Source of the DNA: Verrucomicrobiota bacterium
GTDB lineage: Bacteria > Verrucomicrobiota > Verrucomicrobiia > Opitutales > JABDGR01
Length of the DNA: 64,000 nt
Direction: 5' to 3'
Assembly: GCA_013285985.1 (NCBI GenBank)
Contig: JABDGR010000001.1
Location: 67-64,066 of the forward strand
Shown: one piece after another, positions 21,837-33,368 of the stretch
Position numbering within the stretch: position 1 is the first letter of the stretch
Layout: each line of letters starts with the position of its first letter
Made by a program: the position numbers and the translations under genes
Notes under the pieces: generated by a model
What the model was told of the DNA's origin: nothing
What the model saw: only the letters and a program-made list of their open reading frames with translations
Database searches by the model: none

Positions 21837-24800
21837 TTACGGAACCGTTTGCGCTTCGACGCGGAGGAAGATGGCGCCGGTGGCGGGCAGGGCGACGCTG
21901 GCCTGGTATTGGGCAGTGTAGGGGTCGGCGTCGGAGACTTGCTGGATGCTTCCTGCGTCCACATCCGTCCAAGTCGCCAAGTCCGTGGAATACCGCGGCA
22001 CCAACTGGCAGTCGGTCATGTTTTTGCGGACGCGGTACTGGATGACAAGGGAGTTGACGCCGCTGATGTTCGCGGTGGAGAGGCTGGGCCGGCCCACGGG
22101 AGTGGCGGTCAGGTCGAGATTCATGGCGTAGCGGAGCAAATTCGCGGGGCCGCCAAAAGGTTTGGCGGTCGCCAGTGCGTCGGCACCGGAGAGACCGGAG
22201 TCCGCCGCCCAGGTGGCAAAGACCGTCGGTGCGTCCAAGCTGAGATTGCCAGTGGCATCGAGTTGGGAAACGTTCCAGTCCAGGCCGTCGCCCGAGGAGG
22301 TGAGCACAAAATTGGAAAAAGAACCGGACAACGTGTTGGCGACCGAGAGCAGGGAAAATGCGTCGCTCAAAGCTGGCGCGTAGCCGTTGATCAAGCCAAG
22401 GAGAAATGTGCCACCGAGGGTGAGATTGCCGCCGACATTGACGGAGCCGTATTGCGTGCCGAGGGTGGTGCCGCCGAGATGGAAAAGGGTGAGTGCGGTG
22501 GTGCCGAGAACCAGATTGTTGCCAAAGCTCAACAGCCCGGCGCTGCCGGACGTGCCGGCCTGCAATTTCCCGCCAATCGATGTATTTCCACCAACATTTC
22601 CGGTTCCGGCGAGAGTGCCGTTGACGCCGACGGTCACTGCACCCGTGCCGGTGGCCGAAACGGTGCCGTTGTTGGAAACGAGCAGAGCCCCGCCATTCAC
22701 CATGGTATTGCCGGTGTAGGTGTTGTTGCCGGAAAGCGTGAGCGCGCCCGGTTTGATTTTGGTCAAGTTGCCGCTGCCGCTGAGAACTCCGGACCAGGTG
22801 GCGTTCAAGCCGTTGGTGTCGATGGTTGAGGTGGTGGTGTTAACGAGAGTGGCGTTAATCGAAGTGGTCAAATTAGTGTTGGCAACTTGGAGCGTCCCGC
22901 CGCCGAAATTAAACGCATAATTGCCGGAGCCCGCTTGAATACCACTGGACCCACCGACGGACAGGGTGCCGCCGTTGAGATTGACAGTGCCGTTCGAACC
23001 GGTGTTTTGAGCGAGGGTAATATTGGAACCGGACGAGAGACTCACCAACCCGCCATTGGCCACCATCAAAGTCCCATGACCGGCTTCACCCACAGTAATA
23101 CCATCGGCAATGGCCAAAATGGAGTTGGGGTCAGTGACCAGCACTGTGCCAACGGTAGGCCCGGCAAATGATCCGATGGCAATGTCGAGGATTCCGCTGC
23201 CGGAAACTAAACCGCCATTAGCTACAGTCAGGTTGCCGGTACCCGTATTACTATTGGCACCCACAAGGATGCCACCAGCCACATGCAATGTCGAATTGGC
23301 GTCGGTTACCAATACGGTGCCATTGGCCGAGTTAAAGGTCGAACCCCCCAGTGCGTCCGTGGTCAGTATGAGCGAGCTGTTAATATTTACATTTCCGCCA
23401 TTGGCCACGGTGAGGTTGCCCGTGCCGCGGATACCGATGATGACATCATTCGCGACGCTTAACGTGGAGCCGAAACCAGTTACGAGCATGGCACCGGTAT
23501 CGTTATTCATAACACCGCCAATCGTGAGATTGGCACCACTGGTGACACTGCCGCCGTTAGCCACAGTCAAACTGCCCGCACCACCACCGCCAAAGTTATT
23601 GCTGCCGGCAGCTATATCACCCGTCGTATGCAAAGTTGAGTTGGCATCTGTAACCAGTACGGTGCCGGTTATACCAGAACCCACCACGACTGAACCGGCG
23701 GAGACATTGCCGCCATTGGCCACGGTGAGATTACCGGAGCCGGAGCCGACAAACCCGACCTTAATTTGACCGTTCACCATTAATTTTGAGCCGGGATCGG
23801 TGACCAGGGTTATGGCAGTGCCAGTTTGCCCAAGCTCGAAACCGAAGCCAGCCGCAGCGACATAGCCACCGTTGGCGATGGTGAGGGTGCCGTTGCCACC
23901 CTGGCCCACACTCATGCCGGCGGCGGCAATCAAGGATGAGTTGGCGCCCGAGACCAAGACCGAACCGGAGTTGACGGACACGACCACCTGGTTCGAGACC
24001 GGGTCAATGAATGCTTCGTTGCCTTGAAAACCGGCCAGCAGGGCTCCGGCCGCGATAATTTTGCCGCCATTGAGCACCGAGAGGTTGCCGATGCCGAAGT
24101 TGCCGACGTACAAAGTGTCGGACAAATTCAGCGTGGTGTTGGGGCCGGTCACCAGCGCCGTGCCGTTCGAGAAATCGGTATCACCGAGAGAGAGGTTTTG
24201 AGCCGCGATATTGGCGCCATTGGCAACCAGCAACGAAGCCGTCACGTTGCCCAAGTTGCCCACGGTAAAGTTGCTGCTGCTTTGGCCGACAGTGCTGCCG
24301 TTAACAATCAATTGACCACCGGTGACGACCGTGCCGCCGGTGTAGCTATTATTGCCGCTGGCGAGGGTGAGGTTGCCGAGGCCCGCCTTGACCAGTGCGC
24401 CGCTACCGGCCAAGTTCGTGGCAAAAGTGACATCGTTACCGTTGGTGTCAAAAGTCTCGTTGCCCGCGCCGAGCGGGTTGGCGAACGCAGAAATGTCGAG
24501 GGCGTTGCCCGGCGCCCATTGCAGGCCGCCGCCGCTGAGCGTGAAACCGCCCGGGCCAAAATTATTGAGCGAATTGAAATTGACCAAGCCGCCGGCCAGC
24601 ACCGTGCCGCCGGTGTAAGTGTTGTTAACGGTGAGGGTCAATGTGCCATCGCCGGCTTTGACGAGCGTGCCGCTGCCGGCAACAACCGAGGCAAAAGCGA
24701 TGTTGTTGCCATTGGTGTCAAAAGTGTCGTTGCCCGCGCCGAGCGGGTTCAAGCGGCTGGAAATGTCGAGGGTGTTGTTCGCCGCCCATTGCAAGCCGCC

Positions 24801-27401
24801 ACCGGCAAGGGTGAGATTGGCGGGACCAAAATTGTTGCCGGAATTGAAGTTTATCAGGCCACCATCAACCGCGGTGCCGTTGGAGTAGGTGTTGTTGCCG
24901 GTGAGCGTAACCACGCCACTGCCCGTCTTGATCAACGAGACGTTGCCTGCGAGCGCAACCGTCACGGTGCCATTCATGAGTTGGAAATTGTTGATGCTCG
25001 TCAGCGTGGAATTGCCCGTGCCGGTGATGCTGCCGCCATTGGCCAGGATCACCGATGTGAACGTGCCACTGTGATTGGCGCCGAAATCAAACGTGGCTGT
25101 CGAGTTGGCCAAGTCTACTCCCACGGACGTGTTACTCGGATTGCCGGGGGACGAACTGGAAGCAATGGCGGCAATCGCAAAATTGGCTCCACTGGCGCCA
25201 CTCGTGACCCCACTGAGGTAGCTGGAATTAATCGTTGGCTGAGAACCGTCGACGATCAGGGTGCTGGCGGGCGAAATGGAGCCGTTGGCCCCCTCCGCCA
25301 ACGTGCCGCCGGTGACGATAGTGTAGCCTGTGTAGGTTTCGTTTGCGTTCAGGGTCAGCGTGCCGTTGCTGATTTTCCCGAGTGAGCCAACGCCGCTGAT
25401 GACCCCCGTGAGCGTCGCGTTGGCACCGTTGGTGTCAATGATATCGGGCTGGGCGTTCGAGTTGTTGAGAGTCAGATTGGCACTCGTGGTCAAGTCGTCG
25501 CCGACGGTGGTGAAACCGAAACCGTTGAATATTTCACTGCTCGGAATACGGATTATGCCACCGTCGAGGCTGATACTCCCTGTGCCACTGCCGACGGCGA
25601 GGCCGTTTTGGCCGCCGACAATCAAGACCCCATTCGTGTTGATGGCCAGGGAGCCATGACTGCCCGCCTGATTCGCCAGGAGCACGCCGGGTTGGGCATT
25701 GACCACGGCGCCATTGGCGACGGTCAACGAGCCATTGCCATTATTGCCGACCAGCAGCACCCCACCGGTCACGTCCATCTCGGAGTGAAGCGCGAGGGTA
25801 CTGCCACCACCAAGAGTCACCACGGTGGCATCCTGAACAGTGACGCTGGCGGTGGAATTCGCACCATAGCCAATATACATGCCAACACCGTGGGAATCAC
25901 TGGAATTTGCTGTGACAGAGCAGATATTGGCGACCAGCAAGGTGCCATTGCCATCATAACCCACTGCCAGAGCACCGCCGCCCACGCGCAACACGGATGT
26001 TTCATTGTTGGCTGCGAAATTGCTGACGGTAACGCTGCCGGTGGAATTCGCGCCATAACCGATATACGCGCCAATACCATTCGGGTCATTGCCGTAAACA
26101 CTCACGTTGCCGCCATTAGCGACCAGAAGGCTGCCGTGGCCATTATAGCCCACGGCGAGAGCGCCGCTAAAAACGCTCAGGGCGGATCCATCCAGGGAAA
26201 TGGGGCCAAGATCGGTAACTGTGACGTTGCCCGTGGAATTGGCCCCGTAGCCGACATAGGCGCTAATGCCGTTGGCGTCACTGCTATTGATTCGGACGGT
26301 GCCGGCATTGGCGATGGTGAGATTGCCGGCGCCGTTATAGCCCACGGCCAGCGCGCCGCTATTCAGCGTCAAACCCGACCGCTGAGTGGCGCCAACCAAG
26401 TTGGGAAGAGTCAGCTCATCCCGAATCAAGACCGTGCCGGTGGAATTGGCAGCATAACCGAGATAAGCACCGATGCCGTTGGCGTCATTGCCGTTGAGGT
26501 TGGCGGCAGAGCCATTGGCCACGGTCAACGCGCCGGTGCCATTATAGCCCACGGCCAGCGCACCACTATTCACATTGAATTGAGACGAGAACCATGGAGA
26601 ACCGGGGTAGACAAAAGTGCCGCCGGTAACAGTGACCGTGCCGGTGGAATTGGCGCTGTGGCCGACATATGCGCCGATGCCCTGGGCATCGACCCCCGAG
26701 GCGTTGACCCCGCCGCCGTTGGCAATCGTGAGATTGCCGGTACCGTCATAGCCCAGCGCCAGAGCACCCGTGTTCACATTCAGGGTGGAGCGGGTGCCAA
26801 TAAAACTGCTATGCAGTGCATCGGCAACCATGACGGTGCCGGTGGAATTCGCGTCAGCGCCGATATACGCACCGATGCCATTCGCATCATTGCCGGTAAA
26901 ATTGGCTGAGGCGGCCTGGGCCACGGTCAAATTCCCTATGCCGGAAAGGCCCGCGGAAAAATTCCCGGCGACGCTCCAAAGCGTATTCAGATCGCTGACC
27001 AACACGGCGCCCGTCGCACCTGAACCTGAGCCAATGGTGGCGTTGCCGGAGGTGGCGAGGGTATGAGCGTCATGAATCGTGAGCAAGGTGCTGGCCGTGC
27101 TATTGGCATCCAGGCCGACCGTGAGAAAATCCGCAGTGGCGTTGGCCGTCGAGATTACTGGCTGGTTGCCACTGCCCGCGTCGATGTTGACGTTACCGCT
27201 GGAAGTCGGCACGGAGTTGGTGCTCCAATTCGAGCCGGTGTTCCAATCGGTGCTGGTGTTGCCGGTCCAGATAATTTGCGCGTGGGCGGGATTGGAGAAG
27301 AAAAGAACCAGGCAGAAAAGCGCGAACGAGGGACGCGATGAATGAATTAATAGCCTAAAAAGTCTGCATAGTGACAGAACAAAAGAGGCCGTGGATTTCA
27401 T
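21837..27401 (-). CDS. ~1854-aa secreted beta-helix protein: T5SS/PEP-CTERM-associated-type repeats, autotransporter-associated repeats and a Verrucomicrobia-type C-terminal domain
   Basis: Signal peptide MKSTASF...SNPAHA-QIIWTG; repeated IGxxANSTGTVxV...GALAVGYNGxGxLTxANGG units; C-terminus FATWAA...NLLRYAM...STDLATW...FLRVEA. No beta-barrel and no PEP-CTERM motif. Confidence 0.88.
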   Translation of the reverse strand: MKSTASFVLSLCRLFRLLIHSSRPSFALFCLVLFFSNPAHAQIIWTGNTSTDWNTGSNWSTNSVPTSSGNVNIDAGSGNQPVISTANATADFLTVGLDANSTASTLLTIHDAHTLATSGNATIGSGSGATGAVLVSDLNTLWSVAGNFSAGLSGIGNLTVAQAASANFTGNDANGIGAYIGADANSTGTVMVADALHSSFIGTRSTLNVNTGALALGYDGTGNLTIANGGGVNASGVDAQGIGAYVGHSANSTGTVTVTGGTFVYPGSPWFSSQFNVNSGALAVGYNGTGALTVANGSAANLNGNDANGIGAYLGYAANSTGTVLIRDELTLPNLVGATQRSGLTLNSGALAVGYNGAGNLTIANAGTVRINSSDANGISAYVGYGANSTGNVTVTDLGPISLDGSALSVFSGALAVGYNGHGSLLVANGGNVSVYGNDPNGIGAYIGYGANSTGSVTVSNFAANNETSVLRVGGGALAVGYDGNGTLLVANICSVTANSSDSHGVGMYIGYGANSTASVTVQDATVVTLGGGSTLALHSEMDVTGGVLLVGNNGNGSLTVANGAVVNAQPGVLLANQAGSHGSLAINTNGVLIVGGQNGLAVGSGTGSISLDGGIIRIPSSEIFNGFGFTTVGDDLTTSANLTLNNSNAQPDIIDTNGANATLTGVISGVGSLGKISNGTLTLNANETYTGYTIVTGGTLAEGANGSISPASTLIVDGSQPTINSSYLSGVTSGASGANFAIAAIASSSSPGNPSNTSVGVDLANSTATFDFGANHSGTFTSVILANGGSITGTGNSTLTSINNFQLMNGTVTVALAGNVSLIKTGSGVVTLTGNNTYSNGTAVDGGLINFNSGNNFGPANLTLAGGGLQWAANNTLDISSRLNPLGAGNDTFDTNGNNIAFASVVAGSGTLVKAGDGTLTLTVNNTYTGGTVLAGGLVNFNSLNNFGPGGFTLSGGGLQWAPGNALDISAFANPLGAGNETFDTNGNDVTFATNLAGSGALVKAGLGNLTLASGNNSYTGGTVVTGGQLIVNGSTVGQSSSNFTVGNLGNVTASLLVANGANIAAQNLSLGDTDFSNGTALVTGPNTTLNLSDTLYVGNFGIGNLSVLNGGKIIAAGALLAGFQGNEAFIDPVSNQVVVSVNSGSVLVSGANSSLIAAAGMSVGQGGNGTLTIANGGYVAAAGFGFELGQTGTAITLVTDPGSKLMVNGQIKVGFVGSGSGNLTVANGGNVSAGSVVVGSGITGTVLVTDANSTLHTTGDIAAGSNNFGGGGAGSLTVANGGSVTSGANLTIGGVMNNDTGAMLVTGFGSTLSVANDVIIGIRGTGNLTVANGGNVNINSSLILTTDALGGSTFNSANGTVLVTDANSTLHVAGGILVGANSNTGTGNLTVANGGLVSGSGILDIAIGSFAGPTVGTVLVTDPNSILAIADGITVGEAGHGTLMVANGGLVSLSSGSNITLAQNTGSNGTVNLNGGTLSVGGSSGIQAGSGNYAFNFGGGTLQVANTNLTTSINATLVNTTTSTIDTNGLNATWSGVLSGSGNLTKIKPGALTLSGNNTYTGNTMVNGGALLVSNNGTVSATGTGAVTVGVNGTLAGTGNVGGNTSIGGKLQAGTSGSAGLLSFGNNLVLGTTALTLFHLGGTTLGTQYGSVNVGGNLTLGGTFLLGLINGYAPALSDAFSLLSVANTLSGSFSNFVLTSSGDGLDWNVSQLDATGNLSLDAPTVFATWAADSGLSGADALATAKPFGGPANLLRYAMNLDLTATPVGRPSLSTANISGVNSLVIQYRVRKNMTDCQLVPRYSTDLATWTDVDAGSIQQVSDADPYTAQYQASVALPATGAIFLRVEAQTVP

Positions 27402-27576
27402 GGACAAAAAATTCGCGAAACGCAGAGCAAGCCAAGGGAAATGGTTCCTTTGGCCGTGAGTAAGTAATTGTCCCAAATTCAGGCAGAGATTTGCCGGGGT
27501 GTCAAAACGATAGCAGGCGTAGGTTATAATGTTTCGTTTTCGTAACCAACGAGGGATGAAGCACCTGCGAAACAGG

Positions 27577-27618
27577 AAAAACAAAACGGCCGGCGCGCCA
27601 TCGAGTGACGCGCCGGCC
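27577..27618 (-). terminator. Intrinsic terminator downstream of eno
   Basis: GGCCGGCGCG...CGCGCCGGCC stem (27588-27618) followed on the minus strand by GTTTTGTTTTT. Confidence 0.7.
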
Positions 27619-27623
27619 AAAGG

Positions 27624-27813
27624 GGGAAGTTCCCGCCCTACCCTCAAACAACGCCCCACCGATCGCGGGACGAGTCCCAAGACCTCGCCCTGAATCGGGC
27701 GCAGCAAGACTGCGCCTCTACGCAAAATTCCAACCGACTTTAAAACATGAGCTAGGCCCGCCGGGGACGTCGGGCCCTACCAAGAACGGCATAGCGCAAG
27801 CGCTGGCCCTACC

Positions 27814-27814
<1 letters not shown>
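27624..27814. repeat. Cluster of several different GTAG/CTAC-ended REP-like palindromes
   Basis: gggaagttcccgccCTAC; gggcgcagcaagactgcgcctCTAC (recurs near 30077); aggcccgccggggacgtcgggccCTAC (partial copy near 33458); agcgcaagcgctggccCTAC. Confidence 0.7.
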
Positions 27815-29222
<1,408 letters not shown>

Positions 29223-29276
29223 GTAGCTGGTCAGTTAGCGGTTTAATTGAATTACATAGATAACAAACCTGTTCGG

Positions 29277-29918
29277 TTAATTCCTGTCGCCCCCTTTCCA
29301 ATACCACTTGCCGTTGATTTTGACGAAAGTCATGGGAATTTGAGTGTCGCCGAGCACAACCTTCCCGTTGCTGACCTTCAGCCTTGTGAGCATATAAGTT
29401 GCTTCGTCGCCACTAGCGTTAAAGGTCGGAGTCTGGGTTTCGAGCGCTTCATAAGACTGAGCTGCTGTGTCTATGCCCGATTGCATCATTGGTAGCATAC
29501 GCGGATCCTGGGCAACCATGTCTCGTATTTGTTGCTGTTGCGCTTGCAATTGTTGAATCCTCTCTGGGTCTAGTTTGTCAGGTGGGGTATAGGTTTGCTC
29601 AAATGCTGCGTCATCACCCGCCCGGAACAAACGCACAATGTCCGGAATGGCGGTTTTCAAATCGGCTTGGGGGTCGGCTTCCGCAGGAGCAGCCACTGGA
29701 GGTGCGGAAGTGGTGGTTTGCGAATTAACCTTAACTGGCGAGGCGAGAGGTTTCGCAATTTGGGGTGGCGCGAGCGGCTTTGGGGCGGCGACATTACTCG
29801 ATGCATACGCAGCGGCGGTTTTTTCCTGGGTCTTCGGTGTGGGGCGCAGGAACCACCAGACGAGTATGCCAATGATGGCGGTGACCAGAACGCGCAGGAT
29901 GAAGTTTGGCGACTTCAT
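29277..29918 (-). CDS. Stand-alone TM-anchored protein: sigma-less paralogue of the ECF-fused extracytoplasmic domain (orphan 1)
   Basis: N-terminal TM, Pro/Ala linker, DPQADLKTAIPD...YTPPDK...QTPTFNASGDEATY...FVKINGKWY matching the C-terminus of 58925..60274. Confidence 0.88.
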   Translation of the reverse strand: MKSPNFILRVLVTAIIGILVWWFLRPTPKTQEKTAAAYASSNVAAPKPLAPPQIAKPLASPVKVNSQTTTSAPPVAAPAEADPQADLKTAIPDIVRLFRAGDDAAFEQTYTPPDKLDPERIQQLQAQQQQIRDMVAQDPRMLPMMQSGIDTAAQSYEALETQTPTFNASGDEATYMLTRLKVSNGKVVLGDTQIPMTFVKINGKWYWKGGDRN

Positions 29919-29979
29919 GCGGGTGTTCTTCGCAATTTATAGCCGAATAGGCAATTACTTCCGCGCGGTATTGACGCAT

Positions 29980-30174
29980 TTTCGTAGCGCGGTGCTTTAG
30001 CCCGCGCTTCAGCCTACATCGATTGTTCCCACGCGCGGGCTAAAGCACCGCGCTACGAAACGAGGCAGGCAAAAGCGGGCGCAGCAAGACTGCGCCCCTA
30101 CAAAGGCAATCGTGCGTTCTCGTAGGGGCGCAAACTTGTTGCGCCCGCGGGCGACACGGAGGTCGTCCCTCCGG
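29980..30174. repeat. REPIN-like cluster: perfect 28-bp inverted repeat plus further REP classes
   Basis: TTTCGTAGCGCGGTGCTTTAGCCCGCGC (29980-30007) and its exact reverse complement (30033-30060); inverted pair gggcgcagcaagactgcgcccctac / gtaggggcgcaaacttgttgcgccc; cgacacggaggtcgtccctcc (also at ~33370). Confidence 0.85.
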
Positions 30175-30187
30175 AACGATACGCGGC

Positions 30188-32266
30188 TTACCGATGGCCG
30201 TTGAAGAGTTCGGCGGCTAATGCCGGGGCGTCGTAGATTTTGCGGAGGGCTTCGAGAATGCCGGCGCTGTGGACACTGACGGAGCGGGTCTGCACGTCGG
30301 AATAACCATAATCGCCGGAGAGGGACTGGATGTTGCCGTCGAAGATGATGCCGACGAATTCGCCCGCTTCGTTGACGACGGGACTGCCGGAGTTGCCGCC
30401 GATGATGTCGGCGGTGTTCACGAAATTGAGCGGAGTCGTCAAATCGACCGCGGATTTTTTCGCGAGCCAGCGCGCCGGCAGGCCGAAGGGTTCGCGGTTG
30501 TGGTGGGCGTCGTCGCGGGCGAAAAGGCCGGCAAAGGTCGTGAGCGCGGGGATGGTCTGGCCGTTTTCCTCATAACTTTTCACCGGACCGTAGGCGAGGC
30601 GCAGAGTGAAGGTGGCGTCGGGATAATTATTCGTGCCCTCGAGGGCGAAGCGGGCTTTCTCGATGACGGCGTGGGCCTCCTGGATGATTTCCTGCTGCGC
30701 CTCGACGGTCTTGCGCAGGGCGCGGGACTCGGGGTCGATGACGCGGGCGAGCTCAATCATCGGGTCGTGCGCGGCGGCCACGGCGTCCGCGCCGCCTTCG
30801 TAGAGTTTTTTGCGGAAGGCGAGGTCGCGCACCTGCGTGGTGTTAATCAATTCGGCGGCGCGGTCGCGCGGGGATTTACCGGCGAGAACGGATTGAACGA
30901 GGGGGTCGTCTGCGCCGAATTGCTCGACCAGATAGCCTAACGAGTCCGCGAGCTTGAGAATTTCGAAATCGGAATAAATCGGCGCGTTGGAAAAAAGGAG
31001 TTGCTCGAAGGACTCGCGCTTGGCGTCAGAAAATTCCGGCAGGCGCTCGCCGTTGGGCTTGGGGCGCTCGGCCCCGGCGCGGAGGAGGCGGCGAGCGAGC
31101 GAGAAGGACGCGGAGTTGAAGCCGGCACCATCCTCAAGCAGACGAAAGCGCGGCTCCAGGCCGGTGATAATTTTTTGCGCGGCGACGATGCGGTCAAAGG
31201 CGGCGAGGGCGTCCTTGCCATTGGGGGTGGCGGCGAGCTGCTGCTTGAAGGCCTGCTCGGCGGCGACTTTCGCGCCGAAGAACACGGGGTCCTGCAACGC
31301 GGCGAGCTGGCCGTCGCTGCGCTTGCGGTTGTTCTGCACGTTCAGCAGATCGCTATCCGCGCGACGGGCGTTTTCATCGGCGCGGCCGCTCCAGACGGAG
31401 TACAACACCTCGCGGCGTTTGATGACCTGCAGGTAATAAGGAAGCTGGCTGTCGCGCATGTATTCGATTTCGGGAATCGTCAGCAGGCGGCGCGTGGTGC
31501 CGGGGTGGCCGGAGACAAACGTCAGCTCACCGTCCTGCGCGCCGGTGGCGGACCATTTTAAAAAGTGCGCGGGGTGCACGGGCTGGCCGTTTTCGTAAAC
31601 GCGGAAGATGCAGATATCGAGGTCGAAGCGCGGGAACTCGAAGTTGTCGGGGTCGCCGCCGAAATCCGCCGCCTGCTCCTCGGGCGCGAAGACAATGCGG
31701 ATGTCGGTATAACGTTTGTAGCGGTAGAGGTGGTACACGCCGCCCTGGTAGAGCGTGACGACATCGCTGCGCAGGCCGGTCTGGTCGAGCGATTCTTTTT
31801 CGATGTCGGCGAAAATTTTGCGGCGGGCGAGCGCGGCGTCCGTGCCCGTGGCGTCGGCGGGGACGGCGGCGTTGACGCGCGCAGTGACATCCTCGATGGA
31901 CTGGAGCACGTTCAGCTCGAGGTCGAGGCACTTCATTTCCTCGGCGGGGGTTTTGGCGTAAAAGCCGTCGCGCACGTAATTGTGCTCGGCGTTGCTCATT
32001 TTCAGCAGGTCGCCGCGGCCGATGTGGAAGTTGGTGATGACGAGGCCGTCGCCACTGACGAACGAGCCGGAGCCACCGCTGATGAAGCGCACGCTGGACT
32101 TCATCAGGTTGTCGAGCCAGGCGTCGGTGAGGTCGAAGCCGTATTTCGCCTTAATCTGGGCGCGCGGCGGCGCGGTATAAAGCCACATGCCCTCGTCAGC
32201 GGATGCGGAAACCGCGAGCGCGAGGAGGAGGGCGAAGCCGAGGAAAGTGGAGCGAAGCCGAATCAT
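30188..32266 (-). CDS. S46-family dipeptidyl peptidase (DPP7-like)
   Basis: Signal peptide then ADEGMW, GGSGSFVSxxGLVITNxH, YPDATFTLRL, DIIGGNSGSPV, FDGN (Gly at the S1 position as in DPP7, not Arg as in DPP11). Confidence 0.93.
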   Translation of the reverse strand: MIRLRSTFLGFALLLALAVSASADEGMWLYTAPPRAQIKAKYGFDLTDAWLDNLMKSSVRFISGGSGSFVSGDGLVITNFHIGRGDLLKMSNAEHNYVRDGFYAKTPAEEMKCLDLELNVLQSIEDVTARVNAAVPADATGTDAALARRKIFADIEKESLDQTGLRSDVVTLYQGGVYHLYRYKRYTDIRIVFAPEEQAADFGGDPDNFEFPRFDLDICIFRVYENGQPVHPAHFLKWSATGAQDGELTFVSGHPGTTRRLLTIPEIEYMRDSQLPYYLQVIKRREVLYSVWSGRADENARRADSDLLNVQNNRKRSDGQLAALQDPVFFGAKVAAEQAFKQQLAATPNGKDALAAFDRIVAAQKIITGLEPRFRLLEDGAGFNSASFSLARRLLRAGAERPKPNGERLPEFSDAKRESFEQLLFSNAPIYSDFEILKLADSLGYLVEQFGADDPLVQSVLAGKSPRDRAAELINTTQVRDLAFRKKLYEGGADAVAAAHDPMIELARVIDPESRALRKTVEAQQEIIQEAHAVIEKARFALEGTNNYPDATFTLRLAYGPVKSYEENGQTIPALTTFAGLFARDDAHHNREPFGLPARWLAKKSAVDLTTPLNFVNTADIIGGNSGSPVVNEAGEFVGIIFDGNIQSLSGDYGYSDVQTRSVSVHSAGILEALRKIYDAPALAAELFNGHR

Positions 32267-32300
32267 AGGAAAGCGGCTAGTTGAGCCATGCGTGAAGGCG

Positions 32301-32354
32301 GGAGTCAATACTGAGAGAGAAGGCAAAAGCGGCGTCAAGCCGCCGCAGGCCAAA
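32301..32354. repeat. 54-bp cassette upstream of S46 peptidase; copy 2
   Basis: Colinear with 29169-29222. Confidence 0.8.
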
Positions 32355-32365
32355 AAATTGCTGGA

Positions 32366-33016
32366 CTAATTCCCTGCGTCATCCGGTTTCATATACCACT
32401 TGCCGTTGATTTTGACGAAGACCAAGGAGTTATGAATATCGGAAGTGGTGAACGCGCCGTTTTCCAAGTCGGACATTGATGGGGTAGTGTAAATATAAGT
32501 GGCTTCGTCACCAGCAGCGTTAAAAATAGGCGCCTGATTCAAGAGGGCTTCGAAAGCCTGCGCCCTCGCTTCATATCTATGCTGCGTGGCTTCTTTTCCT
32601 TGCCGGCCCATGGCATCCACGCGAGCTTGAATCTGATCCTGCTGCGCTTGCAGTGCTTGCACCCGGTCTTCATGGATTTTGTCGGGCGGGGTGTAGGCTC
32701 GCAATATCGCCACCAAGTTATTGGTCCGGTATAAATTCGCCATATCGGTGAGGGCGGCATTCAACTCAATTCTGGACCCGGCGTTGGGGTCTTTGGGCGG
32801 TGTGGCGGCGACAGGCGCAGCGGCTGAATTCGGCGCCGGCGGCGCAACTTGCTTGGGTGCTTCAATTTTACTCAGCGAAGGCACAGTAGTTTTGCTCGGC
32901 GCAGGCGCAGAGGCAGTTTTTTCCGGGACAGTTGCGGCGGGGCGCAGAAACCACCAAATGCCCATACCGGCGAGGACAACGATGAGAACAGCCAAGGTGA
33001 AGTTTTTAGGCCTCAT
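32366..33016 (-). CDS. Stand-alone TM-anchored paralogue of the ECF-fused extracytoplasmic domain (orphan 2)
   Basis: MRPKNFTLAVLIVVLAGMGIWWFLRP...YTPPDK...QAPIFNAAGDEATY...FVKINGKWY. Confidence 0.88.
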   Translation of the reverse strand: MRPKNFTLAVLIVVLAGMGIWWFLRPAATVPEKTASAPAPSKTTVPSLSKIEAPKQVAPPAPNSAAAPVAATPPKDPNAGSRIELNAALTDMANLYRTNNLVAILRAYTPPDKIHEDRVQALQAQQDQIQARVDAMGRQGKEATQHRYEARAQAFEALLNQAPIFNAAGDEATYIYTTPSMSDLENGAFTTSDIHNSLVFVKINGKWYMKPDDAGN

Positions 33017-33105
33017 GGCGTTTTTCTTCGCATTTTGTATCCAAGAAGGCAAACACTTCTGTTAGCCGGCAGCAAATCAGCTTGAATTTTGGCTTTGTTC
33101 TTTTT

Positions 33106-33315
33106 CGCCCTGAAGGCGCGGAGGAATCCAGCCCACGGGTTGGGCGAAGCGAAACCCTGGGAATTAGTAACGGATGTATTTTGCGCCCTGTAGGGGCGCA
33201 GGAGCATGGCTCCATTCTCCTCCGCCCTTACAGGGCGGGAGATATAATATGTTCCCATTACCCAGGGTATCGCTTCGCTCAACCCTGGGCTTTGCTCCAG
33301 CAGCCTTTCAGGCTG
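33106..33315. repeat. ~210-bp palindromic REPIN/MITE-like element, copy 1
   Basis: Nested inverted repeats (agccca-gggttg...aaccctggg; cgccctgtaggggcg / cgcccttacagggcg; ends cagcctttcaggctg); homologous to 46853-47067. Confidence 0.8.
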
Positions 33316-33368
33316 CCGGGTAAAGTTTGAAAACAACCTATTACAAGGGAGGATTTATACCAAAAACG

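Noticed and set aside
116..27345. Dozens of plus-strand ORFs (up to 656 aa) rich in V/P/L or R/A/G
   Set aside because: Antisense shadows of the two minus-strand beta-helix genes and the radical SAM gene; no recognisable domains
21837..27401. Calling this a classical type Va autotransporter
   Set aside because: No C-terminal ~300-aa beta-barrel or terminal aromatic residue
27402..27725. N-terminal 108-aa extension of the 1962-aa ORF
   Set aside because: Runs through the eno terminator and REP palindromes; the signal peptide starts at ATG 27401
33006..33336. Small ORFs across the REPIN, and the 46767-46952 extension of orphan 3
   Set aside because: Translations of a non-coding palindromic repeat
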